NCBI GenBank assembly: GCA_965113315.1
Contig: OZ220376.1
DNA: 64,000 nucleotides
Origin: Podarcis vaucheri
Lineage: Eukaryota
Strand: one strand, 5' to 3'
The notes below the pieces were generated by a model. The model ran no database searches, was not told where the DNA came from, and was given only the letters and a program-made list of their open reading frames with translations. Shown here piece by piece: positions 49,573 to 62,397 of the stretch. Numbering within the stretch: the stretch's first letter is position 1; each line of letters opens with the position of its first letter. The position numbers and the translations under genes were made by a program.

Positions 49573-50604
49573 GTGTAGACAGTACTGAGCTAGGTGAACA
49601 GAGGTTCAGTAGAAGGCAGCTTCATCTGAATGTCATTTTTCAGTGGATTTCAGAGCAGCCCTTAATGCTGGAGGTTTGCAGGACCAGCTGCTCTTCAAGG
49701 AGTTTGTCTCCCCATCTCTCTCCAATGGCAAAGGAGATTCCCACAATGGAGGTGACTCCACCCTGTAGTTTACTCATTCTTAGGAGGCTTCTGTAACCTC
49801 AGGCACAGGGGGCTGGTTATTGATTGCTTTTGATGCCTGTATCTCTCCCCCCCAACTCAAATGCAGCACGACGTGCTGCAGTATCACAGCTGAGCATCTT
49901 CTGAGCAGCCTGTAAACAAGCCTTTTGTTTCCAGAGATTTCCAGGCAACGTCAAGGTTAAGATATGGAGCTGCTAAGTAACTCCCACACATTCGATAAAT
50001 GCCACCTGTGATATTCCTGGAGGCAGGCTGGAACCTCCGGTAATGTATTCATTCCCCTTCCTTTCTGTTTAAGTGACAGCTGTCATTGCAGGGTGTGTGT
50101 GCCCATCCCAAGCAATCCCATTCGTTGAGGTTACCTGAGGCCATTATGCTGATCCCCCCCCCCCCCAGCGGCTGGCTGTTGCTCCTTGAGTCATTCTTGG
50201 TGCTTTGGCAGCTGCTGCAGAGAGAACGTGGTGGCCATATTGTTTGCAAGAGAGTAGATCTGCACAGAGGTGTTTAGAGCATGGGGTGAACTTAACCAGA
50301 ATGTAAGAAGAGCCCTGCTGGGTCAGGCCAGTAGCCCATCTAGTCCAGCATCATACTGGCCAACCAGATGCCCCAATGGGAAGCCCACAAGCAGGATTCG
50401 AGCACAAGAGCCCTCTCCCCTCCTTTTGGTTTCCAACAACTGGTATTTAGGGGCGTTGCTGCCTCCCACCTGTGGAGGCAGAGCATAGCCATCCTGGCTA
50501 GTAGCTATTGATTGCCTTCTCCCCCCTGAATTCACCCAATCCTCTTTTAGAGCCATCTAGGTTGGTGGCCACTGTGTGAGTGAGTTTCATTGTTTAACTC
50601 TATA

Positions 50605-50837
50605 CAGTGGTACCTCAGGTTACATATGTTTAGGTTACATATGCTTCAGGTTACAGACTCCGCTAACCCAGAAATAGTACCTCGGGTTAAGAACTTTGTT
50701 TCAGGATGAGAACAGAAATCGTGCAGCGGTGGCAGCGGGAGGCCCCATTAGCTAAAGTGGTGCTTCAGGTTAAGAACAGTTTCAGGTTAAGAACGGACCT
50801 CCAGAACGAATTAAGTTCTTAACCTGAGGTACCACTG
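50605..50837. mobile_element. Tigger-like MITE inserted in a CR1-type element
   Basis: TIR CAGTGGTACCTCAGGTTA, TA TSD. Confidence 0.9.
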
Positions 50838-53800
50838 TACTACGTGAAGGGCTTTCTCTTTTTTGATCTGTCCTGAATCTTCAAACATTCAGCTTCATTG
50901 GATATCCACAAGTTCCAGCGTTATGAGAGGAGAAAATCTTTTCTCTATCCACATTCTCTGTGCAGTGCACATTTTTAATAAATTTCTTGCATGTTGCCTC
51001 TTGCCCTTTTCTCATGCAAACAGTCCCCAACGCTGCAACCTTTCTTCACAGGGAAGTTGCTCCACCCCCTTGATCGTGTTGGCTGCCCTTTCCTGAACCT
51101 TTTCCAACTCTACAATATCCTTTTTGAGGTGTGGTGAAAGGAATTTCTCCCATCAGCTGTTTAGATAAACCTGGAATGAAGCCAGCCTTGCCGCTTGCTG
51201 AAGAGGAACCTACATCAATGTGTAATGCCCTCGAGATGTTTTGATTTACCATTCCTGTCACCCAAGCTGCCCCACGGCTTGGGGGGCTTGCATCTGAGCT
51301 CCCTCAATGGGCCATTTTGGCAGGCGAATGGAACACCTTACACAGTCACATGGTGTCATGGTGACGCCCCCTTGGGTTCTACCTTGAAAGGCAGGTGGCA
51401 TGGTATACATTGAAGAAAGCACAGAATAAGCTTTATAAATAGCAATAATAGGTGCAGCTTTGCACCCCTTGGAGGGCAGTTAATGAGGTTTACCAAGGCG
51501 GCTGTTTGGGGACTTGCGCCTGGTCTATAAATAGGGGTGCAGCGAAGCTGACGAAACAGCGCTAAAGTCTTTCATCTGTTGCGGAGACTTCCTTCATCAA
51601 TCTCCGAAGCAACAATGTGGTGCTTTGCTGGCTTCAAGGGGGCCTCGTAGTGCATTTGCAAGCAGCTGGCAGAGTTTGGGGTTCTTGTTTGTGCCATTAG
51701 CAAAACGGGGTGGGGGGCTTAATAGTCTAATCCATCTGGAGAGCAAGTAGATTTATTAGGCTCCACACTAAATGGGCTCATAATTACGACAGCCATTTCC
51801 GTTCACTCCCATTTCCCCACCCCACCCCACCCCAGTACACGAACCAACATGGTTCAGAATCTCACAGCAAGGAGAAAATTGCACATAATTTGCAATTTTG
51901 ACAAGGATTAGAACCTCCAGCCACTTTTTATATGATTTGGCATTTTTTTTTTAATGACACATACAACAGAACCATCATTTTCAAGACAGCCCTGGCAAAT
52001 CTGGAACCATATTTGCTAACCAGATAACACTGATACAGTATTCTTTACTTGAACTTTGTTCTTTTAACCCATGTGCAACTGTACTCATTCTGTGTGCTTA
52101 TAGTTTTGTTTTTCATCTTTTAATTTTCACCTGTTGTTATCCCTGTCCTCTTCTGTTTTCTATACGTTATAAAACGAAATAAGAAAAACTTACAAACATA
52201 AATAAATAAATCTCACAGCATGTTAGATAGGCAGCGACTGAGTTCAAAGAAAGGAGTCTCCCATTTGTCTGAATACTTTGTGGCTCTGTCTGCACAGAGG
52301 TCCAGTGTTTTGAGTTGGGCACCTCCGTTTTGCACTTTGTGTTTCTCAAGGTGAGTGGATTCTAGCTGTGGTGGTTTGGAATTGTTCACGTTCAGTTTTA
52401 GCAATAGCTCAAACCACCCCTTGAGATCTAGACGCTGGGAAAAGAGCATTTCAATAGCATTGCAGATTTTTTATATTTTTTTTAAGATGCCTCAGACCGG
52501 AGTTGGCAACATTTCACTGGCCCTGAATTTATACACCTCGGGCCTAATGTCTTTTGGAGTGCGATCTTAGTGCAGTGTTAATGTGTCCCATGCTGGCTCT
52601 GTGTGTGTGAATGAATGAATGGGCTTGAAATGGGCGTTCGGCAGAGTGCTTTGACAGAGCAGGTGGAGGTTTGCCAGAGGAGCAAAATGGGTCTACCTGG
52701 GAGGAGGGAATTTTTCGCTGTGGAACAGGGTTAGGCAGTTTTGCATCTTACGCAGGCACTCCGTTCCCAGGGTTCTGCATATATGTAAAAATTAGTATAA
52801 TCAAACCGCTCCTGGGAAGCATCTCTCGCCTTCTGGAGCCAGCCACTGAGTGGGCCTTGCCCCCCCCCCAAGCAAGGCAGAGAGTTTAAAAGCTCCCTTT
52901 TTCTTTCTTTTTTTGCACTGGGTAGCCCTGGCACAAAAATAGCTTTTAAGCTTTCTGCCTCGCTTGCATTTAACTTGCAGAATTTCAGCCAGCCTTCCAC
53001 CACATGTGGTTGAAAGTGCGCAAGTTAAATGCATGTTAGAGGCGATCGTACTGTACTCTGTTTCTGGCAAAGCAGTCTCAGTTCAGTCTTAGATCTATGG
53101 TTCCATTTGCCAATCTTCTGCCCTCCAGATGTTTAGGACTACAACTCCTAGCAGCGCCAGCATCAACGAAGTGTGTTGGCTGGGGCGGGGGAGCTGATAA
53201 GAGTTGCAGCCAAAACATCTGGAGGGCACCAGGTTGGGAAAGTGGCATGTTCCAGTTCAGTTTTCTGAGGTTAGTCCTTCCACACTGAGTGCCAGGTACA
53301 GCAGCCCTGGTCACATTTCTCTTCCTGCAGCCCCTTCTGTGCCCATCAGTCCATCCCCACAGCTTGTGAAAAGAGACCAGATGAGTTGCTCTTCTTGGGT
53401 TTCCTAGCCTTTAGCAGAGGCAGCCATGAGGTTTAGAGAAAGCAAAGATTTTTCTGACAAATCAGCATATGACTTTAGGAAGCTGTGTGTATGGCTAGGT
53501 CACCAACAACTAAGTCTGGGTACATAGCAAAAAAACAACAACACAACCCCTCATGCACACCAAAGGAAGAAACCTGAATAAATGTCTTGCCTGCTGCTTG
53601 TTGATAACTTGTGATGTAGGGACTCAGTATTGAAATTCACAATGATTTCTATTAAGGGAAAAAATTCAATATTTGGTAGAGATCTGCTGATGTTTCACTT
53701 TTAAATTAGGTGCTCGAAGGGACCTCTTGCTAACGACTGCGTTGGATTGCCATCACAAAATTGCAGAACCATTCCTGGGCACTCTGTCATTCTGCTAAAC

Positions 53801-54790
53801 AACTTATGGGTGTTTCTTTCAAATGCTACACAGATGGAATATGGCTAACAGCCGTAATTAAATAGTAAATCTGTTCTAAAGAGTCAGCCAGCACAGAAAG
53901 CCCCTACGTAGATTCAATTATCGTAACACTGTTCATTTGTATTTGTATGGTATTATAACTTTTTTTCTTCCTCCACTGCACAAAGAAAATCAGTGCATTG
54001 TTTAAAATTCTGCTCTGGGTCTTTATCAAGTCAAGATGCATTTAAAATGCTAGCTGCAGAAAGATTAAAAGGCAGATTAATTGTAAATAAGCCATTAATT
54101 AGGCATTTGCATTCAAATCAGCGTTTTTTCCTTTCCAGAGAGAAACAGCTGAACACTATTTGGATATTTTAATGCCCCAGGAGTTCATGCGAAATCATTA
54201 CATAATCTTGCCTCCTGTCTCAAGCTCTGGGCAAAGCTGCCCCAAGATGCTTTGGTACCTGAGGAGGACCCCAAAATAGTGCTCCCCTCCCTACCAGGGA
54301 AGAAGGAGGCAGGGAAGAGCTACATCAGGAACAAGGGGACAGAAAAATCTGCTGCTGGGGGCGTTGGTCTCACCTTGCCTCATGGTTGGGTTGGTCCCTG
54401 CCCTAGGGCACTGCTTCCAGTTAGTGTGAACCAGGCGTGGGGAATGCTTGGCCTGCCTGATGCTGCTGAATTACAATTGTGGCCAGGGATGATGTGTTTT
54501 GTAATACAGCAACCCCCAGGAAGCCAAAGATTTCCCACCCCTGGTATAGACAGTTCTACTGAGTTAGCATTTCTTTATTGCATTTATATCCCAGCATTTC
54601 CTCCAAGGAGCTCAAGGGTGGTGTACAAGGTTCCCCCACTTCTCATTTAATCCCCACAACAACCCTGTGAGGTTGGTTGAGATAGCAGTGACCAACCTGA
54701 GAGCTTCGTGGCTAGGTGGGGATTTGAACCCTGATCTCCCAAGTCCTGGTGCAACACTCTAATCATGATGTTGCATTGGCTCTCTACGTG

Positions 54791-54837
<47 letters not shown>

Positions 54838-57145
54838 GGAAAAGGACAGGGAGGGAAGAGGAAAAATGCAAACTCAGACACCAATTCTTAAACAGCTATT
54901 CTTACAATGACCAGCTGGCACAGTTCATGGGTAGGAGGTGCCTGATGGAGCTGGGCTTTCGGCAGAGCTGATGGAAGGAGCCCTGCATTGTGGTGCTTCC
55001 ACAATAACTTGGGAGCATTTCTGTGTGCTGGGGTAAAATGAGTCTCTTTCTGTACTCGGTTGTGGGGTGTGTTTTTTTAAAAAAGCATCCATGCATGTGC
55101 TAGTTGCTTGGCGAATCCCTTAATACTCAGGCTTGCTAAGAGCAGTGCAGATAGTGGGAGGATGAGGAAGGAAATGCTGCTTTGGACGGACCCTCCAAGT
55201 GCCAATCTCCCGTTCCTGGGGCTTATAAAAACACTGCTTCTGCATGTATCTCTCCTTTGCCAAGCCCCGGGCTTGGTGGCCTCTGTGTTCATTTCAGAGC
55301 CAGATTAGACTGGCCCAGATTCTTGAGAGTAAACAAGGGCCTTATCTAGGTGTAGCAGAAATCCCTGATCTTTGCATTTAAAGGCTGTTCCCCCCTCCTC
55401 CTTGCATCCAAAAGAACATTGTGGTGAGGCGCCTGCAGAAACATGGACTCATTTGGCTGTTCATTTTGGAAACATGCTTTATTTTAAGCCTTAAGAAGCT
55501 GCTCTGGTGTTTTGCACCACCTGAATTGCCTCCAGTGGATCACTGATAGGTAAATAAGTGGAATGGAATCTTTTTGCCCGATCCATATAGCCCACTGTGA
55601 TCTGTAGGGGAGCAGAAGAGCTTTACAAGGCAGGGAGCATCTAACATTCATTCTACTCACAGTAGGCCTATTGAAGTTAACAGACCTAAGTTAGGAGTGT
55701 GACCCCGTCAGCATGTAACACCTCTGCTCAGAGATCTGCACTGGTTACCTGTTTGCTACCCAGCCATGTTCAGGGTGTTACTATTAGTATACAGAGTCCT
55801 TAACTTGGAGCCAAGATCTCCTTACCCCAGATAGGCTCACTTGACCACTCTGATATAGGGAACTGTCACTGTTCTGGGTATCTCATAATATTGGTTCCGC
55901 ATTTGTAAGAAACCAATTTTGTTATTGTGACAGCTCAAAGACCTTGGAACTCCCTGCTTGTTGACATCAAGTGTCTTCATTGCACTCTTTCAGGAAAAAC
56001 AAGTCTGCAAGTTGATTTTGCAAATGGAGGCTCTGGTTCGGCTATAACCAGGCACATCACCCAAAGGCGAGTATCTCTATTTCTAAGTTAATTTCTGGTA
56101 AATTCAGCATAAAAATCCCCAGAACCCTTGCACAGCTTTTGCTGACCAAACACCTTTGCCTACGATTCTGGCATGGCTGTGACACACACACAACCCGGTG
56201 ATGAACTCATAAATTCAGCTCCCTCGCTCTCTGTCTCTGATATATGCTAAGGAGGGCAATTGCCTACTTCTTTGAAGTGCTAATGTAATTCTGACAGTGG
56301 CCACACATTGTACAAGCTGTTCACCATCTCATTTGCCATTAAGGATGCAGGTGAATGAGCCTTAAAAAAAAAAGGGAAAAAGCAGGGTGAATTGTCACCG
56401 GCGTGGGATGGTGGCAATAAGCCTGCCGATGTTGGATCTGGATCTAGATGAGAGCAGAAAGCCAGCTGCAACAGTGAAACACAGAGGTGTGGTAGGGGCT
56501 CCTCTCCCTCCCTGTGCCCTGTGCCCCTGCGTTGTAGCAGCCTTGTACCTGCAGAATGTTGGTCCATTGACTAGTGTCTCCTACTCTGAAGGGCAGCACC
56601 TGTCCTGCATTTCAGACAGGAAGTCTCTCCCAGCTGCACCTTGAGATGATGGAAGCTGAACCTGGGGACCTTGTGTATGCAGCTACCCAGTGATGACCCT
56701 TCCTGCCAAAGGAGTCCTAGTTCTTCTCCTCCTTGTTGTTCATTTATATAGGACCGTCCATGCACATTACTCTGTACACAATTAGAATAAGGCATTCTAT
56801 CCTAAAGGGCATGCAGTCTGCATAAGAACCTAAGATGAGCCTGCTGGATCAGGCCAATGGCCCATCTAGGCCAGCATCCTGTTCTCGCAGGGGCCAACCA
56901 GAGGCCTCAATGGGAAGTCTGCAAGCCCTCTCCCCTCCTGCGGTTTCCAGCGACTGGCATTCAAAAGCATTTATGGCTCCAACTGTGGAGGCAGAATGTA
57001 GCCATCAATAGCCCCCTCTTCCATTTGTATAACCCTCTTTTAAAGCCATCTAGCTTGGTGGCCATCACTGCCTCCTGTGGGAGTGAGTTCCATAGGTTAG
57101 CTACGTGCTGTGTGAAGATGGGCTTTCTTGTTTATCTGTCTCGAA

Positions 57146-57380
57146 CAGGGGTCAGCAACCTTTTTCAGCCATGGGCCGGTCCACTGTCCCTCAGACCATG
57201 TGGTGGGCCAGACTATTTTTAAATTTTTTTTTTTAGATAAAAATGAAGTCCTATGCCCCACAAATAACCCAGAGATGCATTTTAAATAAAAGCACACATT
57301 CTACTCATGTAAAAACATGCTGATTCCTGGACCGTCCGTGAGCCGGATTGAGAAGGTGGTTGGGCCGCATCCAGCCCCTG
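57146..57380 (-). mobile_element. hAT (Charlie-like) MITE
   Basis: Reverse complement of the 30668/49325 family; TSD gtctcgaa/gtctcaaa. Confidence 0.85.
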
Positions 57381-57474
57381 GTCTCAAACCTTCCAACATT
57401 CAGCTTCAGTGGATGGGTCCACCGAGTTCTATGTCTAAACCAGTTGATCTTGAGTTCCAGGGAAATGCACTGGC

Positions 57475-57618
57475 CACAGAACCGTAGAGATGGAAGGGAC
57501 CATGAGGGTCATCTAGCCCAACCCCCTGCAATGCATAAATCTTTCCCCCCAACGTGGGGCTCAAACCCACAGCCCTGAGATTAAGAGTCTTATGCTTTAT
57601 CAACTGAGCTAACCATGC
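57475..57618 (-). mobile_element. tRNA-Lys(CTT)-headed SINE with CR1 tail
   Basis: Minus strand ggttagctcagttgataaagcataagactcttaatctcagggctgtgggtttgagccccacgttggg plus CR1 3' end. Confidence 0.75.
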
Positions 57619-59003
57619 TGTCAATGCATTCTGAGGTTTTTTTTTCTTCTTGATTAAAGGCTGCTGATGCCTGGAACGTATTAGGATAGCCTTGCCTGGC
57701 TGATGGGAATTATGGTCCAAAACATATGGAGGGTGCCAGTTTGGGGAAGCCTGCTCAGAACCCTTCCAGGCTCCTCCAGGAAACCTAGAAGTCATATTTC
57801 TTACTCCTTGAGTGTCTGAATTTTTTTTTATAGGTGAGCATACAGTCACATGAATGTGGAAGCACATCCATTGCCCTTATATATTATAAATTAAAAGAGA
57901 TGACTCTGAAAGTGCTATTCTGATGCCTGTCTCTCTGAGTGCTTTTCCTGTTCCTTCAGTTCTTCATCTGTGTTTTCACTGCAAGGGTCTTAACTTATTT
58001 AGGGGTGGAGCGAAGCCAGTGGAGAAACAGTGGGCTGTTTGTTGCCTGCGTGTAGCTGTTTCCTGCAAACAGAATAGTTAAAGAGGATCTGTTCTTCCTT
58101 CTCCTCCTTTGAGCGCCACACCACACACTTCCAAACAAGAAGATTTCTCATCTCTCATCGGCAGCCATCACAGCTGGATGCTGGAAAACAAACAAAATCC
58201 CTGAAGCCCGGGCCTCTAAGTGGGATAAGTAACAAAAACAACAACCCAAGCAGTCTTCAATATTTTAAAAGCAAGCCCTAGGAAAAAAGAGCAGGGTGGG
58301 AGACAGAGTGAGAGGGAGAACAGGCCAGCTCTAAAGGAGAAATCATGAGGGAATCAACTTAGGGAAGCTTTGTCAAAGTTTTTTCTGCTTCCCATCTCGC
58401 TTTTTTTTTATCTTCTCATGTGAGCAACAAGGTTATAGAGAATTGCACTCAAGGCAAGATGTGTAGGCACATAACGATACATAGAAATCTGGCAGTGTTA
58501 TCTCCTATAATGTAGCTCATGTAACTAAATTCAAAATGTGTTTTATATTTTCTTTTCCTTCTCTGGAGGTGGGATGAGAGACAGCAGCAAATTTTTTGAG
58601 TGTTTTTAGTTTTGCAGAAAATGTTTTTATTCTTGTTGGTATTTCCGTAAGAGTGAAATTGGTGGTTTTTTTTTGTTTAAAGAATTAGATATACCCCGTA
58701 TTCTTCAACAATATGGGATGTTTTCCTTGTTAAGTGTGAAACAGCCGGGTGGGAGCCAACACAGTGTGGAATTGTGAAATGAATGAAGGATAAACAAATG
58801 TCCCATCAACTTGAGACTGGCGAGATGTTACCTCTCTGATGGGGGCAGGTATATATCCACTGATGTCATAGCCCGAACTTCTCTTCCTTTGAGGTGAAAG
58901 GATAGCATGTAGATGGTTGCTTTCATCACTTTCTGTCTTGGGTAGCAGGTGGTATCAAATCCGCCTCAGTGTCCTAGCTGGGACAGTGTAGAGTAGTGGT
59001 TAG

Positions 59004-59354
59004 AACCCAAAGTGGGTGGTACTGCCCCCTGGCCCTGGCAGGCAATGGGTTAAGGGGGCAGTAAGACGCAAGGGGATGGCAGTGGGGCTCTGGAGGTGTA
59101 TATGACTATCAGGCTTTGTAAAGCCGGTATCACTGGAACAAGTTCATCAGTTTTGTTGAATTGATTATACTAAGCAATTTTAATTGGGTTTTGAATAAAT
59201 GTGCAATTAACTCTTACTATTTTGAATCTGATTGTTACTGTCTTCCTTAGTGGGCTGTGCAAACTGCTATTATAAATAATGCCTTTTACGGGGGAAGGGA
59301 GGGGGCACTATGGAACCAAGAGGGCAGTGGCCTGAAAACGTTTGCGAACCTCTG
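59004..59354 (+). mobile_element. Internal-deletion derivative of the 40658-41554 hAT element
   Basis: Shares caagttcatcagtttt.gttgaatt...aataaatgtgcaattaa...tatggaaccaag...tttg.gaacc.ctg with 41320-41554. Confidence 0.7.
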
Positions 59355-60767
59355 CCCTTGTTGGACTAGGAACTGGAAGACCAGGGTTCAGATCTCTGCA
59401 TAGCCATGAAGCTATGACCTTGGGCCAAGCAAACCATCTCAGCCTAAAACCTATCTCGCAGGGTTGTTGTGAGCATAAAATAGGGAGAATAATCTATCAA
59501 CTGCTTTGGGGGGGGGCAGGGGTGTGAGGTGGGATGTAAATGTACGTAATAGATAAAGCTCAGATTAGCAAGCAAGCAAGTGTAGGGCACACTGTTAGTG
59601 TGGTGAGCAAGATCCCAGCATAGAGGGCCGCTAGTCTAAGACCCACTGTGTGCTTGAAATGGGTCAGGTATTTCTTGCTGTGCTTTAGCAATGTGTGGAC
59701 CAGCCCTAGAGGTCAAGAGCCTCTGATGAGAGTTTATCTTGCCCCTTCTATGTGCTCTGGATATCATCTTGCTCTGTGTGGGAATGGAAGCAACTCTGGG
59801 TCTTTCCAGGACAGCTGTGAGGCAGACACACACACAGCAAATTATGCAATGGTTAGCTTGCCTGAAGCAGTGCATTTTCTTCCAACACCTCCTTCGTCAC
59901 CCTTTCCAAAATAGCTTGCCAAGTTGCGTCCCAAGTACATATTTTATAGCTTGTGTTGAGTTGAAGATGTCCAATTGAACCTTAAGTACCTATTTAAGTC
60001 ACTGAGACAGGCCAAATGAAGGGTCAAGTGGGGAGATGTAGTTGTCGGCATGGCAGAGCTCAAACAGGGCTCCATCCAAGGGGCTTTGGTTCCTTTCCCA
60101 ATTCAAGGCCACCAGCACAAGAGTCCCTCTTGACCTGCCCAGCACCCTTGGTGTGAATTGGCAAAAGCGCAAGCCAGCTAAGTTCCACCCCTCCCCCCAG
60201 ATGACTGTGAAAACTAAAGGCTGGAGAAACTATTTTCATTGCGGGAATAGCATTAAGGACAATGGCTTTTCTGTCTAAGCAGCCTTCTCGTTTGCCAAAG
60301 AGAGGGAGCTTTTCTGGGCATGCTAGCGTTTGGTTCAGCCGGTTACGGTGTGTATTGGTGCTTTTCAGATTCCCTGTGCTTGAGGAACCTTTTCTGCCTT
60401 GATGCACCTGCCATCTTTGTTAGCCATGGAACATCTGTGCATTTTTCTTCCAGGTGTCCAGTTCCCCACTGGCAAGTCCTCCGAATGTTGAAAGTTGTTG
60501 AAAACACCAAAAGTGTTGAACTTTTGTGGGAAATCTAACCCCAAAATAGTAGGTTTTAAGCTGTTTCCGCTGCTTTTTCCATCATGTTGCCATACACCCG
60601 GGTTTCCCCTGACATTTTGCCGGTTCGACAAAATTCCCCCCAACGCCATTTTTAAACCCCAAAACCAGGACATGTCAGGAGTTATGCGTCAGGAAAACTG
60701 AAAACAGGCAAGCCTATCGGAATGAAACCTCTGGCCCTTCTTTGTTTGTTTCAGGTATGGTGTGAAT

Positions 60768-61365
60768 ATGCGCTGCTTGGCGACCCGGGTCAACTATAAG
60801 ACTTTGATCGTCATCTGCGTTCTGTTCACCCTGGTCACGGTCCTGCTGTGGAATAGATGCTCCAGCAACAGGGCAGCCCCACCCTTCCTGCGTAGCCCTA
60901 GCAGTGCCTTCCGAGCGGACGGACTGGAGAAGCGAGTGGCCGCTTCGGAGAGCAACAAGGATGTGAACGGCCCGGCCAAGCAGCAGCAGCAGCAGCAGCA
61001 GCAGAGCGAAGAGGCCTCCCCGCAAGAGCAGCAGAAGGCGCCCCCTGTGGTCGGGGGCTTCCACGGGAACAAGGCGCTGGGGCTGAAATACGAGGAGATC
61101 GACTGCCTGATCAACGATGAGCACACCATCAAAGGCAGGAGGGAAGGGAACGAGGTCTTCCTGCCTTTCTCCTGGGTGGAGAAGTACTTTGAGGTCTACG
61201 GGAAGGTCGCCCAGTACGATGGGTATGACAGGTTCGAGTTCTCCCACAGCTACTCCAAAGTGTACGCGCAGAGGGCACCTTACCACCCGGATGGCGTCTT
61301 CATGTCTTTTGAGGGCTACAATGTGGAGGTCCGGGACAGAGTGAAGTGCATCAGTGGCGTCGAAG
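60768..61365 (+). CDS. GLCE: GLCE D-glucuronyl C5-epimerase, first coding exon (exon starts at 60755)
   Basis: [29 protein letters not shown] (type II signal-anchor) ... [27 protein letters not shown] ... [20 protein letters not shown], near-identical to vertebrate GLCE; acceptor tttgtttcag| at 60754; donor GAAG|gtgggt, phase 1. Confidence 0.97.
60981..61004 (+). repeat. GLCE: Coding (CAG)8 polyglutamine tract in GLCE
   Basis: aag (cag)8 agc gaa = K-Q8-SEE. Confidence 0.95.
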
Positions 61366-62171
61366 GTGGGTCTTTCGTTGCTCTTCTTCTTTGCAGGGGA
61401 GGAAGGGGAGCTTGTGGCCCTATAGATACTGCAATTTCCATCATTCTTGATGGTTGACTCGGCTGGCTGGGGCTTTTGGGATATACTCCACAGTTACTAC
61501 ATATCTGTGAGTAGTAGAACCTGACATTTCAGGACATGATTCAACTTGGCCACGGAATTCACATGATTCCGTTTGTGTGCTTTCGGGTTGCTTTTCTGAA
61601 AACAAGCAAACAAAACAGATAATATCTATCTTTTCTATTACCTACAAGCATTCCTAGACGATAAAGCCTATCTTGCATTTTAGTAAACTATTTTAAATCA
61701 TTTTCCAAATCTGTTGCCTTTGGGGGGAATGTCCTTTTCAATGTAGCCTGTTATCTGTCCTGCTTATTATTATGAATCTCCTTTTGCTTACATGTCTCAA
61801 GGCAATTTGCAGACATATCTTGGGGACCTGGGAAGCTGCCTTATACTGAGCCCAGACCATTGGTGCATTTAGCTCAGTACGGCCTACACTGACTGGCAGC
61901 AGCTCTCCAGAGTTTAAGGGTTCTATTTCCGCCCCACTTGGAAATGCCATCAAGAACTGAACATGGGGTTTTCTTCAGGCAAAGCAGATGCTCCTATTGC
62001 TAAGCTAGGGTTCGTACCAGTATCATAAAATGATATTGGAAACAGGTTTAAAAACTACACAGAATGAACACCTGATCTTAAAAAGCTTGTTGAATCAAAA
62101 GGTTTTCAATTCCCGCCCCCGCCCCCCGGAAATTAGAGATAGGGTGTGCCTGTTATATCTCATTAAGTGTA

Positions 62172-62397
62172 CAGTGGTACCTCAGGTTAAGTACTTAATT
62201 CGTTCCGGAGGTCCATTCTTAACCTGAAACTGTTCTTAACCTGAAGCACCACTTTAGCTAATGGGGCCTCCTGCTGCTGCCGTGCCACCGGAACACCATT
62301 TCTGTTCTCATCCTGAAGCAAAGTTCTTAACCCGAGGTACTATTTCTGGGTTAGCGGAGTCTGTAACCTGAAGCGTATGTAACCCGAGGTACCACTG
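62172..62397. mobile_element. Tigger-like MITE
   Basis: TIR CAGTGGTACCTC.GGTTA, TA TSD. Confidence 0.9.

Noticed and set aside
52590-52890. Possible LTR/DIRS-like remnant
   Set aside because: Looks repeat-like, but I could not define termini, a TSD or a second copy in the window
57545-57618. Apparent tRNA-Lys(CTT) gene (also about 25618-25684)
   Set aside because: Broken acceptor and D stems, fused to a CR1 tail, no Pol III terminator; these are SINE heads
60714-61286. 190-aa minus-strand ORF overlapping the GLCE exon
   Set aside because: Antisense shadow of a GC3-rich coding exon; no recognisable domain
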